The notes below the pieces were generated by a model that saw nothing but the letters and a program-made list of their open reading frames with translations, was not told the origin of the DNA and made no database searches. Positions 53,955-64,000 of a DNA stretch of 64,000 nucleotides are shown here, piece after piece. The stretch is from Eledone cirrhosa (Eukaryota). The stretch spans positions 296,298,001 to 296,362,000 of the forward strand of contig OZ024743.1 in assembly GCA_964016885.1 (NCBI GenBank), written 5' to 3'. The stretch's first letter is position 1. The number at the start of each line of letters is the position of its first letter. The position numbers and the translations under genes were made by a program.

Positions 53955-54480
53955 ACGAAGGAAATGTGGTAAGGAACCAGGTGGACCATAACGCACCAAA
54001 GTACTCAATACTTGAGGTAGTAGAGTGGGTAATAGGAACCAGTAAGACCCCGACAGCTGAGCTCAAGCCGTTTCGACGGCTAATTCTGGACTAAATGAAA
54101 ATTTATCCTGGTATTTAAATAGCCGATCTTCTCAAGGGGTAATTCCATATATGGTCAAAGTGATTGTCAAAAATCAGTAGTAATTCTGTGGTTGCAAATT
54201 AGTAGGGGAGATGGTGGCTAAACCTGCCAGTAGGAGAAAGAGGGGAGGGGGTGGAGTAGACCCAATCAAGCGTTGGTAGTGCCAGCTACAGCTGGGCATG
54301 AGGTCAAAGAAGATACAGGGGAGGGGGAGGGGGAGGAAGTCGGAACGGTAGGTAGAACAATGGGGGGTAGAAATATATAGGAAAGAAAAAATACTGAGAG
54401 TGAAGAAAAGCAAATAAGTGTAAAGAAAAAAGTAAAGTAAATTAAATTCTACGACCTAGGTCTCAGGCTATTGTTAGGCT
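53955..54480 (-). mobile_element. Hammerhead-bearing dispersed repeat (PLE pLTR-like)
   Basis: Homologous to 63557-63900 and to fragment 55036-55086; abuts (TA)n. Confidence 0.75.
54047..54140 (-). ncRNA. Type I hammerhead motif, U3-A8 variant, GUC site
   Basis: ACCCC-TTGAGAA-GAtCGGCTA...TAGCCGTC-GAAA-CGGCT tgagctc AGCTG-TC-GGGGT. Confidence 0.85.
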
Positions 54481-54508
54481 AGAATAAAATAAAGAAAGAA
54501 AGAAAGAA

Positions 54509-54612
<104 letters not shown>

Positions 54613-54712
54613 TAATAATAATTACGAAGATCAAAATCAGTAATACGGTGAACGCATTAATCCTTTGCTTAAACTTTAATCTGTGCTGATAACGCGAGTC
54701 TACATCTGAACA

Positions 54713-54802
54713 CATATCTGAGGAGCTTCCGATTCCAGAGTCAGGATCGATCATTAATCGAACATTCCTCGAGCTGATCGACAGTGAAACATATGTAATA
54801 TG
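54713..54802 (+). ncRNA. Type I hammerhead motif with long stem II
   Basis: CATAT-CTGAGGA-GCTtcCGATT...GATCGacAGT-GAAA-CATATG-TA-ATATG. Confidence 0.75.
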
Positions 54803-54942
54803 TAATTAAATATGTATATGATGCAACTCAGATTCTTTGTTCCCTTATGTATTATTATTACTATTGATATTCTGCGCCCCACGAGCATCGAGTGCTCATC
54901 TTGGCATACCGCCTACGACGCAATTAATTTACACCTCTAATA

Positions 54943-55038
<96 letters not shown>

Positions 55039-56847
55039 AAAAGAGTCAGGACCCCGACGGCTGAGCTCCGGCCGTTTCGACAGCTATATATATGTATATC
55101 ACAGTGTGCAGGATTTGCCATGTGGTATCTGACTAAGAAGTTCTCTTTGCATTCACGAGATTTAATGCTCTCTCTCCCATTGTGTATGATACAGACTGCA
55201 TGCCCGAATGGTTAAGATGTTGGAGTTGCAATCATTAGATTCTGGGATCGATACTACTGCGTCGTATCTTGGTTAAGTATCATTTACTATAGCCTCGTGT
55301 CAATCCACGCCTTCTCAGTGAATTTGCGTTGAGGGAAACTCTTTAGAAGCCGGTTGGATTGACTGTTATTCAACGGGTCAGTTTTATCATATAATGACCT
55401 TAAGAATTATGCTATTGGAACATGTATTTATGGAATATTCAGCCAATTTCACGTCAATTTCAAAAGCAGGTTTTTCTGTTGCTCGGACAACAGGAACACT
55501 CATCGTCGAAACCAACGGAGGTCCAATTCCATTCATGTATGTTCTCCACCATAATGTAAAGTAAGCAAAGGCTTGGGTGTGGAATTTGACAGACGAAGTT
55601 GTGTCAAACCCGCAAGATAGATGGTACTTATTCACAAGTAGCAGACTTAATCCACCGCTCAAGTTAACACCAGATCGTCTGTAGGGCCAATATTACAATT
55701 ATGCAGGCCAGAACTTCGATTTAAAATAACCACTGGGTGATGGTTTTATTCTCACTTATCTGCTCTTATCTAGAAAGCCCTGAAAATAGATCATTTGACT
55801 TGTGGCTTATAAGTGAAGATCAATAGGCATAAATTATGCAAAACGGCGTCAGATGGATTGTACATTTTCTGTATTTAACCCAGCACTCAAGTTAACAACA
55901 GCAGATCGTACACGGGGGATTCTGTTTCTCTAGTATTCAAACTAGGACTCAGGTTTGAAATAACTCACGAGTTGTAGATTCTTCCTCCCTCCTCATCTCC
56001 TATCACGGAGGCACTGGAAATAAGCCGTGAGCGTTGATCATCTGACTAAGCAATAGAAATAAAATGACATTTGTTTACTCAAATGAAATCAAAATATCGT
56101 AAGGCACATATTCAAGCGTCATTGAATAGAAATAACCTATTTCCATTCATTTCGCTTCAAGTACATTACTAAAGCTCCTGTGAAAGTTACAAAGATCAGA
56201 ACATTCACATTTCTCAGTAAATATACGGACTTTGTATCAGATGTAAGAAATCAATATTAAACAAAGAAGATAATCGTTAGAAAGTTATGAAAAACGAATA
56301 AATCACATGAACAGGAATTCAATCTAAAGTGTTTACAACAAACCCACCAAAGCGGATATACATGGAATTTACTGATGAAACAAAGCAATGGTTTGTTGTC
56401 TTGGTGTTAATACTTCTATCTGTTAGAAGCAAACTATGTTTGGTGCTGATAAATTGGACGAAAATAGAAATTACTTAAGTCTTGTCAAGAAAAACCCAGA
56501 AAATAAAATAATGACATATAAATGATTATTTATATGCAGAGAAAGAGATTGATAGTTTGGTTATTTGCTAAGTTACTTGGTTTGGTGGATAGCTCGATTG
56601 CTGGCTAACATGGCAGATTGGTGGGATGGTATTTCCAGGGAGAACTGAGGACAGGGAGTTTGAAGATCTATCAGTATGCACACGAGAAAAAAATGTTTAA
56701 AAGAAAATACAGATAAATAAAAGGGAAAAACAAACCCTTGCATAATATTTAAAAGGTGCTGTACTAGGCATCAATAAAAGCTGAGTAAACATCAGAAGAT
56801 GAAAGAGAATACATACTTACAAACACATAGATATATGCGTAAGTGTG

Positions 56848-56915
<68 letters not shown>

Positions 56916-57889
56916 ATATATACATACATACATACATACATACATACATACATACACACATTTATACATGTGTTGTGATTTATGAATATGCATAAATACA
57001 CAAGGATACGTGCAAACAAACGCTCACATAGATTCATTTATACATACATACACACACACACATGCATACATACATATATACATGCATACATGCATACATA
57101 CATGCTACATAATATTTACATACATACTACATACATACTACATAATACTTACATATATACACTCACATATATACATATATGTGTGTGTGTGTGTGTGTGT
57201 ATGTATGTAAATAGTATGTATGTACGTATGTATGTATGTATGTATGTAAGTAAGTATGTATGTACGTATGTATGTACGTATGTATGTAAATATGTACGTA
57301 AATAAGTCTGTATGTATGTGTTGGGAAGGGTGTCAGTGTACAAATCGAATACGTAATGACAACTGGATAAAACCAATGTAAAGTCATATTGGAAATAGAT
57401 AGATCAAAAATAGAATTACCATAATAGAAAACATGTTTTAGGGTTTAAAGAAAACATGTTGATCTAAAGAAGGAAACGGAACGGAAATTTTTGTATAATC
57501 GCTGACAAACTCCACAAATTATGCTGTACGAAAGAAACTTTTGATGAATGTTGAGTGGCGACGTTTTGCATATTTCAAATAGAGGATTGAAATTTCGAGT
57601 TGGATAAAGCAAAATCAAAAGAAATTATAACAAAGATAGAAAGAGTGGAGAAGATAGACAATGATATAAAGAATTTGATATATCTTTGTAATAAGAATAA
57701 CATGGGAAGTTGCATGTTTTATATATATAAAAACATAGACAAAGACACATTCACGCACACCGATGTATATGCAGCTTTGTTAGGTTGGCGAATAGACATG
57801 TAGGAGTCTAGCAGGCTAAAAGAGTTACTGTCAAAAACAAGTTACTTTTTAATAGCTAGTGATCGTCTTGCTCGGACAGCCATAATATG

Positions 57890-57975
<86 letters not shown>

Positions 57976-58021
57976 TGGATAGATAGATGGATGGATAGAT
58001 AGATATGTAGATAGATAGATA

Positions 58022-60985
58022 AGTTTTTATTTATTTGCCACGACGGCACAAAAGAAGGGGACAAATACAAGGGGGGAGTTTACATAAAGGAACGAGTAAC
58101 AAACAAATAACAAATATAAAATTAACAATACAGTCCTCAATAGGGAGGAGGCGTTTTGGGAGTTACAAACACCCCCGAAAAAGTGTGCAACCCTTTTCCT
58201 TGGGAGCACAGAGAGGGCTGCTCCTTTTCACTTCCACCTTTCCATCGACAGGCTGATAAAGAGATAAGGCCCATTCACACGGACCATTCTCGCTACTTTC
58301 ACCCACCTTTCATAAAACTTGCTGGGGTAGAGCACCTCTCTCTCCATTCTGATCCTTCTCTTAAAATTGTATTTAAAGAAAAAGGACCAGTTGTTGGCCG
58401 GAGAGAAAGGTGTCCGACCTCAGCCCTTTCAAACGTGTCCACCATACCACCTCTTTCACCATGGCTATTACACAGAGGAAGACCGACTCTCCTTCATTTT
58501 TTATTGTTACAATGGACTCAGTGGACAACCGGATTGGTCCCACCCGTGACAGCAGTCCCATCCGTGACAACAGTCGTTCGACATAGCCCCACAGATCGGC
58601 AACGCCCGAGCAGTGTACCAATGCGTGCGCAACGGTTTCCTCGCACGCATCTGGGACAGATTTTTTTCGAGGGGTCCCTACCCGGGCGCCCGTGTCTGTA
58701 GAGCTTTTCTCGAACGGGCAGCGCCCCTCGGTAGCACTGCCAGGCCAGGGACTTCTGGAAGTTGTCCATAGGTCCCGGGTCAAATGTCCTCCCTAATAGG
58801 CTGGCCAGTTCGTTTTCCTACATGCCTAGGACTTGTCCGAGGGCGTCGTCGCACCTACTAACCACCAGCTCTCTATAGAATGACTAGATGGAGTCTCCAC
58901 CGATAGTCGGGTCCGCCTGCCAGAGAGCCGTGAGAGCCTGGGCACACTCGGTGTGCCAGGCGCCCAGTTTTCTCGGTCTTTGCTTGACCCAGGACTGCAG
59001 CACGGTGAGCGAGACGAGTCTCGAAAAGGCTCGCCTCACAAACGGGGCCCATACCGGTTGACCGGTGAGGAATACCTGGAGGTGCCGTAGCCTTAATGCG
59101 TGTTTACGCATCAGCAGCCACGGCATCCCCAGCCCTCCTTTCGAAGGGTGTTGACAGCAGATGGATCTCCTCACCAAAGGAGCCCGCTTCTTCCAAAGGA
59201 ATTGGAAAAGTGCGCGCTCCATTTTGGTGAGCGTTTCCCTTGGGCAAGGCACGACGGTCAGGCGGTAATAGATGACGGACGCTATATAAGCGTTCACCAC
59301 CTCCGCCCGACCTTTCAGGGATAGTTTGCACACAGCCCTCTTCCGCGTCAGCACAAACACCCTGTTCGATACCTCGCCCCAGTTCTTCTCCACCTGGAGG
59401 TCTGGCCCGAACCAGACCCCGAGCAACTTCACCGGGCTCTCCGTCCAACGTCCGACGACGCCGTTGAAGGCCATCGGTTTGCGCCTCCATTGTATTTGTT
59501 TTCTGTGTGTGTGGGGGGGGGGGGGGGTTCAGTTGTGTTTTAACTTGTGGTGTTAGTTGTTTTTGTGGTGGTGGTGGAGGTTGTGTTGTTAGTGTTATAG
59601 TTGTTGGAGTGGGCAAAATCAGTGTTTTTTTGTTTGCTTGGGAACAGGCAGCCCTCAGGTGAGCTCTTCCACCACAGAGGTAATAAGCGGATCGTCTACC
59701 CTCCACTGTGATGTGTAAGTAGGCAAGCCCATCCAGCAATATACGGTCGGGGATCCTAGCAATTCGTTCTGGCTGCATTTGCACCAGAACTTGCAGGTTA
59801 GTTCCACCGAACACGTTGCTGGAAGACTTACCTACCGAAATTACTGCATCCTCTTTCAAGTCGAGGAGGCCACACACTACCGCCCAGAAATCAATATCTG
59901 GATCGATACTGTGTATGGTCAATCTTTGTGTTTTTCTTCCCAAATAAGTGGGGAAGAAGGTAAATAAGGGGGACACAATTGGGGCCAGGGAATGTTTTTC
60001 GGCCGTCAATTTATCTTTCATTCGGTTGGATAGACTATGGTAGAGTCTATCCTTCCGAATGAGTACAATGTTTTTCAGATGATCTTTTAACGCCAGTTCA
60101 ATCTCTGTCTGTGTGAGTTGTACTGGCTTACGGGTTTTGTTTGATATTGTCCTATAAATAATAGTTTTTAAGCTATTTTCCTTTTTTAGCTCTGGGGGAG
60201 AATTTAAAGAAAATAGACCATTCTCCTCCAAAGTTATATACTTCCGTGAATTTTCTATTTGCTGGGCCATGTTCGAAATGTCAATAGGTTCATACACAAT
60301 GGGGTTTTTTTTATGGTTTGAGCGAACGGCATTTTGTTCGCTCCCTCTCTGTTTATATTTGTCGAAATGAGGTTGTTTTCTTGTTTTGTATTGTTACAAT
60401 TATCATTTTTTGTTGTGGTTGTGTTATTTATGTTGGTGTATGCGTTCACATTTTTTTCCCGTTGGGGTTAGACTCCATTTTTTCAAAATGTTCACTTATA
60501 TTTTCAGTATCCGAGAGACTCAGAGTCACAGCTACTACTTCTCTTTCACCTTTGCTGGTGGGCGTGACACCGTGAAAAGCCGAAACGGCATCCATTAATG
60601 TTGGCAATTTCTCCGAGTCAATTTTTTTCACATTTTTTTCATTAGAGTTATGTTCCATTTTTTAAATGTTTCTAATAATCATTATTCTTTCAGTAGGGAG
60701 GCGTGTTGCCTCCGTTACCCGCTCTCCTTCAGTTTGTTTAGATGGTGTGTCATCGTTACCTGTGGTAATGGCTTCCATTACCACTAGCGTAGAGACAATT
60801 ACAAGATTTTTAGGATGAAAAATTTCACTCCAAAAGGGGTGAAATAAATTAACCCTAATGTCAGAAGACCCAGGCAAGGGGGTTAATTAACACAATAACG
60901 CAAGAATACAGCACACACTTACTGTTAACACGTAATATCTCCAATAATCGAGGAGCCGATGTGAAGAACGTCTATACCATCCGGG
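58022..60985 (-). mobile_element. Internally deleted Tx1-like element in (GATA)n
   Basis: 5' UTR and ORF1 (59490-60800) joined at ~59490 to the late ORF2 segment (GVVGRWTESPVKLLG); APE and RT core absent; GATA repeats at both ends. Confidence 0.9.
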
Positions 60986-61004
60986 GATAGATAGATAGTT
61001 AAAT

Positions 61005-61205
61005 AGATAGCCCAGAGGCGCATCGGGCCGGCGCTTATCCCAGTTTTCTGCAGTGACTGAAAGTACACGACTCCTCCTGGATAGGACGCTAGCTCATCAC
61101 AGAGTTAAACCCCCAGCTATTGCTGGTACCCATTTTCAGCTGAGTATACTGGAGCAACGTGAAATGAAATGTTTTGCTCGAGAACACAACAAACGACCAA
61201 GTCCA
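61005..61205 (-). mobile_element. SINE with CORE-like central domain, partial
   Basis: Minus GTTGTGTTCTCGAGCAAAACATTT...CTCAGCTGAAAATGGGTACCAGC. Confidence 0.55.
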
Positions 61206-61254
61206 CGTGACCAAGAAACTACTGAGCGTCTGCTAGGACTGGAAAGGTGTCATC

Positions 61255-61650
61255 AACTACGAGCTGCATAACCTCTGATGTCTATTGTTAACAACTTGAC
61301 AGATTAACGGCGAAATCGCACGGGGGCGCCAACATCATGGCCTTGTTTGATTCCTTCATGATAACACTCAGCCGCACACATCACGGATGACCAGTAAGAA
61401 GGTGCTGGAGCTAGGTTGGGAGGTTTTACACCACCATCGATTTCGCCAGACCTCGCACCTACAGACTATAATCTTTTTTTCTCATTGAGCAATGCAATGC
61501 AGTCAAAGACCTTCGCGAATTAAGACTAGTGAAATCGGTGGCTGACGGAATTCTTTACATCAAAGACAGAAGAATTATGCAGGGATGGAATCGTATGCCT
61601 TCCTAAAAGCTGGCAGACGGTAATCGCAAAGGATTATTTTTCCTAATGTT
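61255..61650 (+). mobile_element. Mariner transposase relic
   Basis: LHDNTQPHTS..T..KVLELGWEVL and SPDLAPTDY. Confidence 0.8.
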
Positions 61651-61874
61651 AAAAAATGCCAAAATTAATAATTGTTTCTACTTTTAGCACAAGACCAGCA
61701 ATTACTCAGTACATTACTGGTACTTTATTTTATCGTTGGAAACGGTGAGAACTTTCTCTCGAATATATACATTATATATATATATATATATATATACTGT
61801 ATATATATATACTGTATATATATATATATATATATACTGTATATATATATATATATATACTGTATATGTATATA

Positions 61875-62030
61875 TCAGATTAAAGTTTAGGAAAAGAATT
61901 GCTCAGCGATTCTTTGCTTAAACTTTCATGTTCTTTTAAGAACTATTTGCTCTAGGGTTCTTATATATTTGATATATTTTTATCCTTATCGAGCCCTCTT
62001 TGGATTTAGTCTTCACATTTATTATTATTA
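61875..62030 (+). repeat. 3' end of the 2198-2993 family with short inverted head
   Basis: Matches 2873-2993; ends in (ATT)n. Confidence 0.75.
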
Positions 62031-62070
62031 CTATATATATATATATATATATATATGTTTGTGTGTGTGT

Positions 62071-62207
<137 letters not shown>

Positions 62208-62736
62208 TGTGTGTGTGTGTGTAGAGAGAGAATAGAAATGGCAGTGTAGTTGCTATTTAAGGTAGATTAAAATGGAGTGGGAATAAGAAGAAAGCAAGAA
62301 CGGGGGGGCTGTTTTCCTCATCAGTTGTCTACTGGGAGTCTCGGATATTTCTACGCTTTAAAGACAATATATCTACCGCCCAGAGCGTCAATAACTGGAT
62401 AAGTTATTGGGAAAACGGAGGAAGGAGGGAAGGAAGACAAAAGAGAAAAAAAGAGAAAATAATGAAAAAACAGCGAAAAAATGTATGTATATATGTACAC
62501 ACACACACATACACACACACACACACACACACGCCTATATATATTTATAGTCATATATACATTTCCATATGCATATATTTTTACATATATATATATGTAT
62601 GTGTGTGTACACATATATGTAACAATGGTGGGTGAATAGGTGGTGCATTTTTGTATTGCCAATTAAGCATTAAATTTACGTCTCTGTTTTCTTCAGGGAA
62701 CAGTCAATTGGTACAATAGAATATAAAACACAAGGA

Positions 62737-62794
<58 letters not shown>

Positions 62795-62806
62795 ATATAT
62801 ATATAC

Positions 62807-62888
<82 letters not shown>

Positions 62889-62893
62889 GTATG

Positions 62894-63003
<110 letters not shown>

Positions 63004-63494
63004 GAAAAGTTTGATTAATAGAAAATTGATGTTAAGATGGCTTCCCAAAAAATAATTAAGAAACATAACATAACTTAACATTGTTTTATAATGTGATATG
63101 AAGATAGATGATCAACGATCACCCAGATAATTTACAAACATTGAAGAATACTGTGAAGAAAAGTGCGAAAGTTAATAAAAAAAAAATGACGTCAAAATAA
63201 AATATAATGAAATATGTCATTTGGGGATAACGAGTCAAAAATAATGGATAATGAAACAGCTGCTTTTTATCAAATATAAACACTAAATATATGAATGAAA
63301 ATACTATATATGAATATAAAAGTTATATACACACAGAGAAACACACATACATATATATGAACATAAATAATAAATATATGCACATAAGTATATATATATA
63401 TATACGTAGGTCCCGGGTTGAGTCGGGGATAACCACAGTAAGTAAGGTACTCAATACATGGCAGAGTAAAAATTTTTTATTTTATAGAAGGAGC

Positions 63495-63539
63495 TTCTAC
63501 AGAACTAGTACTGTTTCATTCAGATGAAATCTTCAGGAA
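63495..63539 (-). ncRNA. Type I hammerhead motif (stem I truncated)
   Basis: TTC-CTGAAGA-tTTCAtcTGAAt-GAAA-CAGtactagttCTG-TA-GAA; within a short element 63405-63540 flanked by (TA)n. Confidence 0.7.
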
Positions 63540-63650
63540 TATATATATATATATATAACGAAGGAAGTGTGGTAAGGAACCAGTTGGACCATAACGCACC
63601 AGAGTACTCAATACTTAGGGTAGTAGAGTGGGTAATAGGAAAAGTTCAAG

Positions 63651-63746
63651 ACCCTGACGGCAGAGATCAAGCCGTTTCGACGGCTATTTCTGGACTAAAT
63701 TAGAATTTTTAGCGTGGTAAATAAATAGCTGAACTTTTCAAGGTGT
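63651..63746 (-). ncRNA. Second U3-A8 hammerhead copy, stem I decayed
   Basis: ACACC-TTGAAAA-...TAGCCGTC-GAAA-CGGC..GCCG-TC-AGGGT. Confidence 0.65.
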
Positions 63747-64000
63747 AATTCCTTATATGGAAAGATTGTAGTTGTCAAAAGGATTGGTCAAAATTTCTTG
63801 TAAACACAATTAAATCTTTCATGATGGTGGGCTGGAGGTCGAGGTGGCTAAACTTGCCTGTAGAACAATGAGGGAGTGGGTGGAGTCGGTCAAGCGTTGA
63901 AAGTGAATTCTATACAGCAAATTATAACTGCATGTAAACACCGATTGCGTAGGACTTACCTCGCCCTCAAACCCCCTCATGACCCGGGTGGGTAGACAAG

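Overview
Eukaryotic, microsatellite-saturated, transposon-dominated DNA. A cephalopod (Octopus-like) origin is inferred from the SINE type and repeat landscape, not proven. No host gene can be called confidently; most ORF-track entries are microsatellite or antisense artefacts. Content: seven Tx1/L1-clade non-LTR retrotransposon copies sitting in (ATT)n or (GATA/TAGG)n tracts, one of them a single stop codon from intact; R4/Dong-like RLE retrotransposon pieces; three Penelope-like elements (PLEs); mariner relics; a non-autonomous Helitron; and SINEs. The most striking unannotated signal is about a dozen type I hammerhead ribozyme (HHR) motifs, folded by eye, from about eight unrelated short repeat families. 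They include a 428-bp tandem and inverted retrozyme-like repeat, two families with a compensatory U3-A8 core, and a shared RTYGAGTRC motif near several element 3' ends. A second candidate novelty is a splice donor overlapping the Tx1 ORF1 stop codon in all four copies that retain it. All alignments and folds were made by eye; boundaries are approximate.
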